Assembly (NCBI GenBank): GCA_965217585.1 | Contig: OZ244561.1 | Coordinates: 608,001 to 672,000, forward strand | Length of the DNA: 64,000 nt | Source: Candidatus Latescibacterota bacterium | GTDB lineage: Bacteria > Latescibacterota > UBA2968 > UBA8231 | Direction: 5' to 3' | Shown here: positions 47,431-57,843 of the stretch, in pieces | Layout of the letters: the number at the start of each line of letters is the position of its first letter | Position numbering within the stretch: the first letter of the stretch is position 1 | The notes under the pieces: generated by a model | Database searches by the model: none | What the model was told of the DNA's origin: nothing | Seen by the model: the letters and a program-made list of their open reading frames with translations, nothing else | Position numbers and translations under genes: made by a program

Positions 47431-48983
47431 GGGATAACTACCTCCTCGACGATTTGGCCCGCGTCTAAGTCAATCGGCTCGCCATAGCGTCCATAAGGCT
47501 CAGCATAGCGAAGGGGGCTGAGCGAGCCGCTGCCGTGCTCTCCGTCGCCATCGCGATCTACAAACGCCCACAGCGAGTAGGTGCCAGCCAGCAGGCCCTC
47601 CAGAGCGAACTGCCCATCTTCATCGGTCCACTCGGCGTACGTCCGCCCGTCCTCGTTGAAGGCCGCGACCCGGACGCGACCCATTTCCCCGGCCTGCACC
47701 TGCCCCTGAATCGCCGCGGTCTCCGCGCCGACCGCGAACGAGAGCGCGAGCAGGCTGTCGGCGAGGCCATTGCCGGCCCGGTCCACGAGCCGAGCGGCTG
47801 GCCCCGCGAGCCGATACGCACCCGGTGCCAGCGGTTCGGCGGGAGCAAAGCGGGCGCAGTTGGGCGCTGGCCACAGCCAATCCCCGGCTAATGATTGCGT
47901 CGAATCGCTCTCCGTCCAAAACCCTTCCAACGCGGCCGGCTCCATAGCTTCAGAAAAAAGCAAGTCCAGAGCATCGCTTGGGGTCAGTCGATTCCGCGCC
48001 AGCGCGACGAAAGAGGGCGGCTTGCGGTCGGGTCGCGCACTGCCGCGAACGGGCGCGTCCCACTGCACGGGCGCACCGGCGAGCGCAAGCTGTACAGCAT
48101 AGTGCCGGCCCGGCTCTTGCGCTGCCGTCTCGACGTAAATTTTCCCCTCTGCATCAGGGGCCGCGGACAGCGATTCCACCGCCAGCCCAGCGACTTCCAG
48201 CTCTAAATCTTGCGGATCCACAGCCTCGGTAAACAGCAACATCAGCCGCTCGGCGTGTATGGCTTGGACCCGCTTGAGCACGGGCGCGAGCATCTGTCGG
48301 CGCACGAGAGCCAAATCGCCAGCCAGCACCTCTTCCTCCCCCACTTCCACAGAGGACGCCGGCAGGGCTAGCCACTCGTCGGCATCTGGCAGGGCGTTGC
48401 GGTTTTTGTCCCTAAAGGCCAGCACCCCATAGTGCCCCGGAGCGAGGCGGGTAAACTCGTAGTCTCCGTCGGTGCCACTCTGCGTCTGATAGGACGGTTC
48501 GTCCAATCCTACCTCCCCGCTAAAGGTTCCCAAGTCATAGGCCCAAATATGGACACCGGCCACGGGTTGATGGTCTTGGTACACCCGGCCCCGAACCAAA
48601 CCCTGATCGAGCTGTGAGCCAGTGGCAAAAGCCAAGGTAAAGGAGTTCGCCAAGGCATTGCCCCGCAGATCTCGTGCCCCGGTACCCACCGTCAGCACAT
48701 AGGTCCGCTCCTCGGCCAAGGGCATGGCAATGCGTAGCCGCGGGCCGCGCCACGAGAGTTGCAACGGCCCGGCCGGTGATGTGAAAATAGCGGCTTCGGT
48801 CTGCTCGCGGCTCATGGGTTCGCTGAAGACGATCTCCACTTCGGTATCCCGCGCCACTTCCAAAGCGTCGCTCTCTGGGTAGTGAGACAGAATGCGGGGC
48901 GGCTGTTTGTCCACCGGCCCTCCGGTGGGGGGGCCGACTTTGGCACAACCCCACAACAGCGCGACCAAGACGCTAATCAGCAC
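47421..48983 (-). CDS. Ig-like (Big_5-type) domain lipoprotein
   Basis: WGCAKVGPPTGGPVD..PP, FSEP, DLRGN. Confidence 0.82.
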   Translation of the reverse strand: MLISVLVALLWGCAKVGPPTGGPVDKQPPRILSHYPESDALEVARDTEVEIVFSEPMSREQTEAAIFTSPAGPLQLSWRGPRLRIAMPLAEERTYVLTVGTGARDLRGNALANSFTLAFATGSQLDQGLVRGRVYQDHQPVAGVHIWAYDLGTFSGEVGLDEPSYQTQSGTDGDYEFTRLAPGHYGVLAFRDKNRNALPDADEWLALPASSVEVGEEEVLAGDLALVRRQMLAPVLKRVQAIHAERLMLLFTEAVDPQDLELEVAGLAVESLSAAPDAEGKIYVETAAQEPGRHYAVQLALAGAPVQWDAPVRGSARPDRKPPSFVALARNRLTPSDALDLLFSEAMEPAALEGFWTESDSTQSLAGDWLWPAPNCARFAPAEPLAPGAYRLAGPAARLVDRAGNGLADSLLALSFAVGAETAAIQGQVQAGEMGRVRVAAFNEDGRTYAEWTDEDGQFALEGLLAGTYSLWAFVDRDGDGEHGSGSLSPLRYAEPYGRYGEPIDLDAGQIVEEVVIPCR

Positions 48984-49944
48984 CGTGCGGGTGGGCCTCG
49001 GCGTAGATGGCTTGCAGGTGCTCCAAGCTCACTTCGGTATAGCTCTGAGTCGCGGCCAACGTCGCGTGCCCGAGAAGCTCCTTAACGGCCACCAAGTCGG
49101 CACCAGCGTCGAGGAGGTGGGCGGCAAAGGAGTGGCGCAGGCGATGCGGGCTGAGCGAATCGTCTTCGGAGACTGCGCGCAGATGGCGCTCGACGATGCG
49201 TTGCACGGTGCGGCGGCTCAAGCGCTTGCCGCGCCCGTTGAGGAAGAGGGCACCGGCTTCTACTTGGGACATATCGCATTCGAGCAGAACCTCGGCGCGG
49301 CGTTGCAGATACGCTTTGAGAGCCTCTTGTGCCTTCGCACCGATGGGAGCGAGGCGCTCCTTGCGGCCCTTGCCCATCACCTTGATGGTGCCTTCGCCCA
49401 GATCCAGCGACGAGAGGTTGAGCGCCAATAGCTCTCCGAGGCGAATCCCCCCTCCGTAGAACACCTCTAGAATGGCCCGATCCCGCACGCCACTGAACCG
49501 CTCGGTCGAAGGGGCTTCCATAGCCTCGGCGACCTGTTCTACGGGCAGGTGCCGCGGCAATGCACGCTCGACTAAGGGCGATGCCACCGCACCAGCCGGG
49601 TTGGCGACGAGCGCGCCCTCGCGACAGAGATAGCGGAAGAGCGAGCGCAGGGCCGCCAACTTGCGGGCGACGGTACTGGCCTTGAGGCCCTTTTCCTCTA
49701 GGTCGGCGACAAAGGACTGCACCTGCTCGTGCTGCACCACTCGGAGCGGCAGTTGCAAATTATCGACTCGCGGGTAGAGAAAGCGGGCGAATTGCTGCAA
49801 GTCGCAGCAATATGAACTGAGGGTGTACTCGGCGCAGTTGCGCTCTTTGTGCAGGTATTCCAAGAAGCGGGCAATGCCCTCTTCGAGGCTGGATCCGGCG
49901 TGCAGAGCGCTCTGCGGTGCATCGGCCATGGCGTAGCGAGCCAA
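48973..49944 (-). CDS. xerC: tyrosine recombinase XerC
   Basis: RDRAILE...GIR, GKG.KER, H.LRHSFA.H, LLGH, Y; directly downstream of topA. Confidence 0.9.
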   Translation of the reverse strand: MARYAMADAPQSALHAGSSLEEGIARFLEYLHKERNCAEYTLSSYCCDLQQFARFLYPRVDNLQLPLRVVQHEQVQSFVADLEEKGLKASTVARKLAALRSLFRYLCREGALVANPAGAVASPLVERALPRHLPVEQVAEAMEAPSTERFSGVRDRAILEVFYGGGIRLGELLALNLSSLDLGEGTIKVMGKGRKERLAPIGAKAQEALKAYLQRRAEVLLECDMSQVEAGALFLNGRGKRLSRRTVQRIVERHLRAVSEDDSLSPHRLRHSFAAHLLDAGADLVAVKELLGHATLAATQSYTEVSLEHLQAIYAEAHPHGAD

Positions 49945-49962
49945 GGAGGAAAGAATGAATAC

Positions 49963-52254
49963 TTAGGTAGCTTGGGCGCTTTTGTCTTTTTCGCCCTCTT
50001 CATTTTCGTACTCAGTGCCGCAGACCCGGCAGTACATGGAAGAAGGGCCCGAGCGGCTACTCTTTTCGTAGAGCAAGGCAGCGTCGCAATGCGTGCATTT
50101 GCGGTCTATGGGGCGGTCCCAGCTAGCGAACTTGCACTGGGGATAGGTGCTGCAACCAAAGAAGACCTTGCCCTTGCGCGACCGCTTCTCCACGATCTGG
50201 CCCTCGCAGCCGTCCTCTGGACATTGGATCCCGAGGACATAGGGCTTGACGTTTTTGCAAGCTGGATAGCCGCTACAAGCCAAAAAGCGGCCATAGCGGC
50301 CCGTCTTGACGACCATGGGCGCGCTGCACTGATCGCAGACCTCGTCGGTCTCCTTCTCGCTTTGCTCTTCGAGGGGTTTGGTGTTTTTGCACTTGGGATA
50401 ACCAGAGCAAGCGAGGAAGCGGCCGTTGCGGCCCCACTTGACGACCATATCGGCTCCGCAGTCCTCGCAGTCCTCGTCCGACGCCTCTTGCAGCGCGAGC
50501 TTTAGCTCTTTGCGGCGGTTGTTGGCCCCGTCTAAGTCACCCTTCCACGAGTCGTAGAACTGCTGCACGATCGCCACCCAGTTAATGCCCCCATCCTCGA
50601 CCTGATCGAGTTTGTCCTCCATGTTGGCCGTGAAAGCCACGTTGAAGAGGTGCGGAAAGGTATCGACGAGTAGTTTGTTGACGGTCTGGCCGAGCTCAGT
50701 GGCCACGAAGTAGCGGTTATCAACCTTTTCGACGTATTTGCGCTCGAGGATGGTAGTGATGATTTGCGCGTAGGTCGAGGGACGGCCAATGCCTTCGGAC
50801 TCTAGTTGTTTGACGAGAGACGCCTCGGTAAAGCGCGGCGGCGGCTTGGTAAAGTGTTGCTCAGGCGCGATTTCCTCTAACTTCAGCACCTCGCCCTGGG
50901 CAATGCCGACAGGCATGGCCCGCAGTTCGTCCACTCCTTCCTTCTGGGCAATGCCGTTAGACACGGCCTCCGACTTCTCCTCTTCTTCCTTGCTCTCGCT
51001 GTAGAGCAGGGTAAAGCCCGGAAACTTGACGACGCTACCCGTGGCTCGGAGCAAATAGGGGCCGGCCTCGATGTTGGCCGTTGTGATGCTGAGTACCTGC
51101 GGCTTCATCTGCGAGGTAACGAACCGTTTCCAGATCAGGGAGTACACCCGCGCCTGATCTGGCTTGAGCAAGTGCCTGATCTCGTCTGGATGCAGGGCCA
51201 CGGAGGTAGGGCGTATCGCTTCGTGAGCGTCTTGGGCGCTGTTCTTGGTCCGGTAGTGATTGGGAGCCTCGGGTACGTACTCGCGGCCGTAGAGGGCGTC
51301 GATCTGCTCGCGCACCTCGGCAATGGCGTCGGCTGCAACGCGCACCGAATCCGTGCGCATATAAGTAATCAGACCACGGGTTTCGCCCTCGACCTCAATG
51401 CCTTCGTATAGCTGCTGAGCTACAGCCATGGTGCGCTTAACCGAAAAGCGCATCCGCCGAGCGCATTCTTGCTGCAAGGTGCTGGTCGTGAAGGGCGGGG
51501 CCGGGCGGCGCACTTGGTCGCGCTTCTTGACCTCTTTGACCGCTATGTCCTGCTCGGCTAGCTCAGCGGTGATGCGATCGGCTTGCTCCTGATTGACGAT
51601 GTCGAGCTTCTCGCCGTCTTTGGCCAAAAGGCGCGCCCAGAACGAACCTCGGCTCTCTCGGCCCAAAAGGGCCTCGATTGACCAGTACTCCTGAGGATCA
51701 AATGCCTTGATCTCGCGGTCGCGGTCGCAGATTAACCGCACGGCTACGGACTGCACTCGGCCGGCTGAGAGCCCGGAGTGTATGACCTTCCACAAGAGCG
51801 GGCTGATCTCGTAGCCGACTAAGCGGTCGAGCACGCGCCGCGCCTGCTGGGCATCGACCTTGTGAAGGTCCAGCACGCCCGAGTGCTCCAGCGACTCGCG
51901 CACCGCCTTGGGCGTGATCTCGTTGAAGAGAATTCGCTTGACGTTGTCGTCCTTGCGAGCGATGGCTTGGGCCACGTGCCAAGCAATGGCCTCGCCCTCG
52001 CGGTCGGGGTCGGTGGCCAAGTAGGTAGTATCGGCAGCTTGGGCTGCTTTGCGGAGGCCGCTGAGGATCTTGCCCTTGCCCCGAATCGTTACGTAGCGCG
52101 GCTTGAAGCCGTCTTCAATGTCGATGCCCAGCTCTTTCGGCGGCAGGTCCCGCACGTGCCCCATACAGGGTTTGACTACAAAATTTTTGCCCAAAATTTT
52201 GTTAATTGTCTTGGCCTTGGCCGGCGACTCGACAACCACCAATGACTTGCCCAT
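49963..52254 (-). CDS. topA: DNA topoisomerase I
   Basis: VESPAKA, DPDREGE, SAGRVQS, ITYMRTD, C-terminal Zn ribbons. Confidence 0.98.
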   Translation of the reverse strand: MGKSLVVVESPAKAKTINKILGKNFVVKPCMGHVRDLPPKELGIDIEDGFKPRYVTIRGKGKILSGLRKAAQAADTTYLATDPDREGEAIAWHVAQAIARKDDNVKRILFNEITPKAVRESLEHSGVLDLHKVDAQQARRVLDRLVGYEISPLLWKVIHSGLSAGRVQSVAVRLICDRDREIKAFDPQEYWSIEALLGRESRGSFWARLLAKDGEKLDIVNQEQADRITAELAEQDIAVKEVKKRDQVRRPAPPFTTSTLQQECARRMRFSVKRTMAVAQQLYEGIEVEGETRGLITYMRTDSVRVAADAIAEVREQIDALYGREYVPEAPNHYRTKNSAQDAHEAIRPTSVALHPDEIRHLLKPDQARVYSLIWKRFVTSQMKPQVLSITTANIEAGPYLLRATGSVVKFPGFTLLYSESKEEEEKSEAVSNGIAQKEGVDELRAMPVGIAQGEVLKLEEIAPEQHFTKPPPRFTEASLVKQLESEGIGRPSTYAQIITTILERKYVEKVDNRYFVATELGQTVNKLLVDTFPHLFNVAFTANMEDKLDQVEDGGINWVAIVQQFYDSWKGDLDGANNRRKELKLALQEASDEDCEDCGADMVVKWGRNGRFLACSGYPKCKNTKPLEEQSEKETDEVCDQCSAPMVVKTGRYGRFLACSGYPACKNVKPYVLGIQCPEDGCEGQIVEKRSRKGKVFFGCSTYPQCKFASWDRPIDRKCTHCDAALLYEKSSRSGPSSMYCRVCGTEYENEEGEKDKSAQAT

Positions 52255-52413
52255 CTGCTTCCTCGGTTGATAGTACTTAAGCCGTAAGTTGTGTAATTTT
52301 CTGAATATATAGACGCCCTAAGACAATAGCAAGACGCGCTCTTGACAAACCAGAGCCGCCGCCTTTTTGTAACGCAGCCGGTATTACGCGCCGCATTCTC
52401 TGGGGTTTGGACC

Positions 52414-53169
52414 TTGATCCACCGCAAGAAATCAAGCGAAATAGAGTACATTGCCGCTAGCTGCGAGATCGTCTTCGCCGTCCAGCAGAAGCTCGAAGCG
52501 CTCATCGCGCCTGGCATCAGCACCCTCGAGCTGGACCAAGTCGCCGAAGCCGAAATCCGCGCCTTAGGAGCTGTGCCCGCCTTCAAGGGATACCACGGCT
52601 TCCCCCACTCGATTTGCACTTCAGTAAATGCCGCAATCGTGCATGGGTTCCCCGACGAAACCCCGCTGCAAGAGGGCGACATCGTTAGCATTGACGTGGG
52701 TGCCTACCTCGACGGCTACTATGGCGACGGGGCCTTTACCGTCGCGGTCGGCGCGATCAGCGCGCAGGCGCAGCACCTCATCAATGGCACCCTCGCCTGC
52801 CTCGCACGGGGCATTGACCAAGCGCGAGCAGGAAGGCGACTCTCCGACATCTCGTACGCCATCCAGTGCCAAGCCGAAAGCCAAGGGCTAGCCGTAGTGC
52901 GCGAGTACGGGGGCCACGGCATTGGCCGCGAGCTGCACGAGTCGCCCTATATCGGCAACTATGGCCCGCCCGGCAAAGGTCCTCTGCTCACGCCCGGGCA
53001 CGTATTATGTATCGAGCCAATCCTCTGCCTAGGCGACCCCCAAATCGACCATCTCGACGACTGGACCACCCTTACCTCCGACCGCTCGCTCGCCGCCCAC
53101 GCCGAGCACACTGTGGCCATTACTGAGGAGGGTCCGCGGATTCTGACCCTGCCCGCTGTGCCGGCATGA
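52414..53169 (+). CDS. map: methionine aminopeptidase type I
   Basis: VHGFP, DGYYGD, GHGIG..LHE, AHAEHT; TTG start inferred. Confidence 0.95.
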   Translation: MIHRKKSSEIEYIAASCEIVFAVQQKLEALIAPGISTLELDQVAEAEIRALGAVPAFKGYHGFPHSICTSVNAAIVHGFPDETPLQEGDIVSIDVGAYLDGYYGDGAFTVAVGAISAQAQHLINGTLACLARGIDQARAGRRLSDISYAIQCQAESQGLAVVREYGGHGIGRELHESPYIGNYGPPGKGPLLTPGHVLCIEPILCLGDPQIDHLDDWTTLTSDRSLAAHAEHTVAITEEGPRILTLPAVPA

Positions 53170-53924
53170 AAGTCACCTTCCTCGGCACCGGCACCTCTAT
53201 CGGGGTGCCGCGCATCGGCTGCTACTGCCCGGTTTGCGCCTCAGACGACCCGAAAAATAAGCGCTTGCGCTGCGCCTTACACCTAGCACATCAAGGCCGG
53301 TCAATCCTCGTAGATGCCGGCCCAGATCTCAGAACCCAAGCCCTGCGCTATCAGATCGACCGAGTCGATTGCGTGCTGTTGACCCACGGCCACGCCGATC
53401 ATCTGCACGGCCTCGACGACGTGCGCTCCTATTGCTTTGACCGCGACCAGCCGCTGCCCTGCTATGCGGACCCGCACACCATTGCACGCATCGAACGAGT
53501 CTTCGACTACGCCTTTGACAAAGACGCCCCCAGCGCGACGCCGCAGATTGCCCTGCGTCCGATTGCCGGGCCGTTCACGGCCTGTGGGATCGCCATCGAG
53601 CCGCTTACCATCTATCACGGCCGCGCTCCGGTTCTCGCCTTCCGCATCGGCGACTTCGCCTACGCCACGGACACGAACTACATCCCAGAGGCGGCCATGG
53701 CGCGGCTGCGCGGTCTAGAGGTCTTGGTCCTCGACGCACTACGCCACAAAGAACATCCTACCCATTTCAACGTCGAGCAGGCGTTGGCCATTGTCGCCGA
53801 ACTCCAGCCCGCTTGTACCTACTTCACGCATATAGCCCACGACCTCGATCACCATCAGACCAATGCAGAACTCCCCCCAGGCGTACAACTCGCCTACGAC
53901 GGATTGGTGCTGGAGTTGAGATAA
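53166..53924 (+). CDS. MBL-fold metallo-hydrolase (PhnP-like)
   Basis: LGTGTS.GVP, THGHADHLHG. Confidence 0.92.
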   Translation: MKVTFLGTGTSIGVPRIGCYCPVCASDDPKNKRLRCALHLAHQGRSILVDAGPDLRTQALRYQIDRVDCVLLTHGHADHLHGLDDVRSYCFDRDQPLPCYADPHTIARIERVFDYAFDKDAPSATPQIALRPIAGPFTACGIAIEPLTIYHGRAPVLAFRIGDFAYATDTNYIPEAAMARLRGLEVLVLDALRHKEHPTHFNVEQALAIVAELQPACTYFTHIAHDLDHHQTNAELPPGVQLAYDGLVLELR

Positions 53925-53962
53925 AAAACGAGGACGCCGCCGGTCTCCCGACGACATCCTCG
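53923..53962 (-). terminator. rho-independent terminator of nrdJ
   Basis: CGAGGATGTCGTCGG-GAGA-CCGGCGGCGTCCTCG-TTTTTT on the minus strand. Confidence 0.85.
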
Positions 53963-53994
53963 CCTCAATCAAAAAAGCACTGTCCGGCTTTAGT

Positions 53995-56346
53995 TCAACA
54001 CTTGGACCACCCGCAGTGCTTGCACATCAGACAGCTACTCTCATACGATACCGTCGACCCGCACTCTGGACAGGTAGTCAGCGTCTTCGGCTCGCTGCTC
54101 TCGACAAAACTGGGCGGTACGTCCTCGGGGGCGACAGCATCAAGCTGCTTGCCTGCCTTCCGCTGCAAATAGCGCTCCATCGCCTTGCCAATGGCATCGG
54201 GCGTAGACAGGATCAACTCGCCGTTCTCCCAGACCGGGTTTGGGCCTGAAATGCCCTTCAACTCGCTGATAACTTCCTGAGGATCAACCCCCGAACTCAG
54301 CACCAGCGAAATTAGCCGGCTGATGGCCTCAGACTGAGCTGCGGCGTTGCCGCCAGACTTGCCGATGGTACTGAAGACTTCGCATATCCCGTACTCGTCT
54401 TCGTTAATTGTGACGTAGATTTTGCCCTCGCCGGTGTTGATCCGCTCGGTGATACCCGCAGTGACCGCTGGGCGGCGGCGGCGGTGGAGAAAGCCGTCCG
54501 GCCCCATGTAGTCGGGGATCTCCGCAGCCGGGGCTTCTTTCTTGTCGGATTGGCCCTCGGTCTGCAGGATGCCCTCGCGGCTGCCCTCGCGGTACACCGT
54601 CACGCCCTTGAGGCCCTCCTTGTACGCGGTGATGTAGATGTCGGCGACCGTCTCTATCGCGATGTCTTCGGGCAGATTGATCGTCGAAGAAATGCTACTA
54701 TCAGTGTATTTCTGGATCACGCCCTGCATCTTGACTCGGAAGTAGGGATCGATTTCGTGGGCCGTCACGACGTAATTGGGCAGGTCCTCGTCGCCGCCGA
54801 AGACGCGCTGAATGAGCGGGTGATAGACCTTGTATTCGCGGAAACTCTCGCCGTCGTCCTGCTTTACCCGGCGGGTGTAGCTAGTGCAAAAGATTGGCTC
54901 AATCCCCGAACTCGTCTGCGCCACAATAGAACCCGTACCCACCGGCGGCATCGTAATCAAGGTGCAATTGCGCAGGCCGTGCTCGGCGATTTTCTCTTGC
55001 AGCGCTTGGGGTAGGCTCTGGATGAATTTGCTCTGCTTGATGCCCTCCCAGTCGAAAAGCGGAAAGGCTCCCTTTTCACGGGCCAACTCGACGGACATTT
55101 CATAGGCATTGTGGCAGATGGTGGCCATAATGCGGTCGATGATTTCCAGGGCCTCGTCCGAATCGTATTTGCTCTGCATCAAGACCATCGCATCGGCCAT
55201 GCCGGTGATGCCTAAACCCACCCGGCGATCGGAGGCTACGGCTTCCCGAATTTTGGGCAAGGCATGGTTGTCCACGTTGTAATCAATGACGTTGTCCAAA
55301 AAGCGGGTCGCCACGCGGGCGGCCTGCCCCAACTCCTCGTAGTCGAGCTCGCCGTCGGCACGGACGAAGTTCACCAAATTGAGATTGCCTAGGTTGCAGG
55401 CCGTGTACGACGCCAGTGGCTGCTCGCCGCAGGGATTGGTGCTGGAGAGCGGATTGACGTATTCGACATTGTGATACTCGCGCATCGTATCCCAAAAAAT
55501 AATCCCCGGCTCGGCGCTGGCGTGGGCATTGGCGATGATCTTGTCCCACAATTGGCGCGCCTTGACCGTGCGGAATACCTTGCCACCCCAGCGCAAGTCG
55601 AAGTCCGAGTCGGCCAATACAGCCTGCATGAACTCGTGGGTAATCAGCACGCTGATGTTGGCGTACTGCACTTTGGTGCGGTTGGCGTCGTTTTTGATGG
55701 TAATAAAGTCTTCGATATCGGGATGATCGACCCGCAAAGTCAGCATCAGGGCACCGCGACGGCCGGCTTGGGAGACGGCATTGGTGCTCTCGGAGAGCAG
55801 GTTCATAAAGGCGGTGCAACCCGGTGAAGCATCCACCGTGGCGTTGACCGGGGCTCCTTGCGGCCTGAGAATCGACAAATCCGTGCCGACGCCACCGCCC
55901 GTGCGGTACACCATCGCCGATTCGTTCAGGCAGCGATAGATGCCCTCTAGACTGTCCTCTTCAATGGGGATGACATAGCAGTTGGACAGCGTCGGCTTGC
56001 GCCTAGCCTCGTCGCGGCCAGCCCCGTGCATGACGCGCCCGCCAGGGATGAACTTGAAGTCCATCAACAGCGAGAAGAAGCGGTCGTACCAGTATTGGGG
56101 ATCCTTCTCCACCGAGGCCATGGCCCGGGCGATGCGGTCCCAGATGTGCAGCGGCCCGGTCTCGCCGGGTGCCAAGTACTTGTTGCGCAAAACGTCGATG
56201 GCGAGGTCGTTGTCCCTGTAATAGGTCTCGGCATCAGCGGCGCGAGCCAAGAGAGCGTCGTGGCCGTTGCGCTTGAGCCCGTGGCCTTCGAGCTGCGCTA
56301 GCATATCTTCAAAGCGGTGTGTGACTGCGCGTTCGGACTCCATCAT
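53995..56346 (-). CDS. nrdJ: class II (B12-dependent) ribonucleotide reductase
   Basis: SNCYV, TNPCGEQPL, SSGIEP, KGVTVYR, C-terminal TSCPD-like domain and Cys tail. Confidence 0.95.
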   Translation of the reverse strand: MMESERAVTHRFEDMLAQLEGHGLKRNGHDALLARAADAETYYRDNDLAIDVLRNKYLAPGETGPLHIWDRIARAMASVEKDPQYWYDRFFSLLMDFKFIPGGRVMHGAGRDEARRKPTLSNCYVIPIEEDSLEGIYRCLNESAMVYRTGGGVGTDLSILRPQGAPVNATVDASPGCTAFMNLLSESTNAVSQAGRRGALMLTLRVDHPDIEDFITIKNDANRTKVQYANISVLITHEFMQAVLADSDFDLRWGGKVFRTVKARQLWDKIIANAHASAEPGIIFWDTMREYHNVEYVNPLSSTNPCGEQPLASYTACNLGNLNLVNFVRADGELDYEELGQAARVATRFLDNVIDYNVDNHALPKIREAVASDRRVGLGITGMADAMVLMQSKYDSDEALEIIDRIMATICHNAYEMSVELAREKGAFPLFDWEGIKQSKFIQSLPQALQEKIAEHGLRNCTLITMPPVGTGSIVAQTSSGIEPIFCTSYTRRVKQDDGESFREYKVYHPLIQRVFGGDEDLPNYVVTAHEIDPYFRVKMQGVIQKYTDSSISSTINLPEDIAIETVADIYITAYKEGLKGVTVYREGSREGILQTEGQSDKKEAPAAEIPDYMGPDGFLHRRRRPAVTAGITERINTGEGKIYVTINEDEYGICEVFSTIGKSGGNAAAQSEAISRLISLVLSSGVDPQEVISELKGISGPNPVWENGELILSTPDAIGKAMERYLQRKAGKQLDAVAPEDVPPSFVESSEPKTLTTCPECGSTVSYESSCLMCKHCGWSKC

Positions 56347-56461
56347 GCCCTCCCATTGGAACAAAAAAGGTCCATGGGCGAAGTAGGAAACATCGCCAAA
56401 AACAAGAACTTAGGTTAACTGCTGTTAGAATTAGGGGAGAGGGCAAAAGTGCAGCCCTGAG

Positions 56462-56508
56462 ACACATTATCTCAGGGCATTACACTCATTTGACACTATA
56501 TGTAGTGT
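56462..56508. promoter_or_regulatory. tandem NrdR boxes
   Basis: ACACTATATGTAGTGT (56493) and ACACATTATCTCAGGG (56462), 31 bp apart. Confidence 0.85.
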
Positions 56509-56518
56509 GTTGAGGCCT

Positions 56519-56547
56519 AAAGTAGAAACGGCGTGCGTATTTGTCAA
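56519..56547 (-). promoter_or_regulatory. sigma70 promoter of nrdJ
   Basis: TTGACA, 17 bp, TACTTT on the minus strand. Confidence 0.75.
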
Positions 56548-56619
56548 GTCAAAAATAAGGTCCAGAGCAATTTCTTTTCAATCCGGTTACGATGCGCTAA
56601 AAAAAACAGCACAGACCTC

Positions 56620-57072
56620 TTAGCTGTTGGCCAATTGCTCTAATTCGCGCATGAAATCGCTCTTGTCTTTGAACTGGCGATAGACCGAGGCAAAACGCAC
56701 ATACGCCACTTCGTTGAGTTGGCGCAGATGCTCCACGACGCGCTCGCCGATCTGTTTGGAGGGAATTTCCTTCACGTTGAGGCTGCCCACTTCGGCCTCG
56801 ACCTGATCGACGAGCTGCTCGATCGCCTCGACCGATATGGTCGTCTTGTAGCAGGCTATCTGTATCTTGTCGAGCAGTTTGCTGCGATCGAAAGGCTCGC
56901 GCCGGCCGTCGGCCTTAATAACGGATAGAGGCACGTTTTCGATGTATTCATAGGTTGTGAAGCGCTTGGCACAGCTTATGCACTCGCGGCGACGGCGGAT
57001 CGCCATACCTTCGCGGCACGACCGCGAATCCACTACCCGATCTTCTTCACAATTGCAATAGGGACACCGCAT
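56620..57072 (-). CDS. nrdR: transcriptional repressor NrdR
   Basis: MRCPYC, IRRRREC, ATP cone, VRFASVY. Confidence 0.98.
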   Translation of the reverse strand: MRCPYCNCEEDRVVDSRSCREGMAIRRRRECISCAKRFTTYEYIENVPLSVIKADGRREPFDRSKLLDKIQIACYKTTISVEAIEQLVDQVEAEVGSLNVKEIPSKQIGERVVEHLRQLNEVAYVRFASVYRQFKDKSDFMRELEQLANS

Positions 57073-57183
57073 AGACTAATCCTCCCACCAGTTTGCTCAG
57101 AGTACGACGGACGGTGTTTATGCGGGGAGTAGAGGAAGGAGAGTAAGACTAAATATAAGAAAAATAGGAGGATATGGCAATCA

Positions 57184-57843
57184 TTAGTTGAGCCTGAAGA
57201 TGAAGGGCAGGCTAACCCTGACCTTGACGGGCCTGTCGTTTTGCATCGCCGGCGTAAACTCCCATTGGAGAGCAGCGGCTCTGGCGACCTCGTGGAAAAC
57301 CTTGGGACCCGTGATCTTGCCGATCTCTTCGACCTTGCCGTCTTTGTCGATTAGCGCCTCGACAAACACCTTGCCGGTGATGTTGGCCTTCTGGGCGGTA
57401 GGCGGATACTTCGGCTCTACTCTCTTGGTGGGCACAGGTTTCTTCTCGACCCGCCACAACTCGACGATCTCCTCTTCCTCTTCCAATTCGACTTCCTCAA
57501 CCACCTCCTCCTCCAACGGCGGCGGCGGTGCCAAATCGTCGAGGCCTAAGTCGAGCTCGGTGTCCTCAATGGTCACGTCATCCGGGACATCCGGGTTGTC
57601 GGTAGGCACGGGCACCACTGGCCGGGCCGGCGGTGGGGGCCGACGCTCTTGCTTAGTCTCAGGGATTTCTTCGAGTTGAATGATAATCGGCTCTTCGGAT
57701 CTGGCGTAGGCTTCGGGCTCGAAGCTGGGGAAGAGGCCAAAGAGGGCCGCGTGCAAGAGGGTAGAAAACCCCGTGCAGGCCCATAACGTCTTCCGGTACG
57801 TCAACCGTAGATTAGCTTCAGGCTGTTTGCCGCGAATCATCAT
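57184..57843 (-). CDS. tonB: energy transducer TonB
   Basis: TM anchor, Pro-rich linker, PKYP...WEFTPA. Confidence 0.9.
   Translation of the reverse strand: MMIRGKQPEANLRLTYRKTLWACTGFSTLLHAALFGLFPSFEPEAYARSEEPIIIQLEEIPETKQERRPPPPARPVVPVPTDNPDVPDDVTIEDTELDLGLDDLAPPPPLEEEVVEEVELEEEEEIVELWRVEKKPVPTKRVEPKYPPTAQKANITGKVFVEALIDKDGKVEEIGKITGPKVFHEVARAAALQWEFTPAMQNDRPVKVRVSLPFIFRLN

Noticed and set aside
48973-49944. Tyrosine recombinase as the missing integron integrase
   Set aside because: It is 37 kb from the array, in the housekeeping topA-xerC context, and has no visible IntI-specific insertion before the HxLRH motif.
53995-56620. Intein in nrdJ or a cobalamin riboswitch upstream
   Set aside because: Protein length and motifs are continuous, and no B12-box-like sequence was recognised in the leader.
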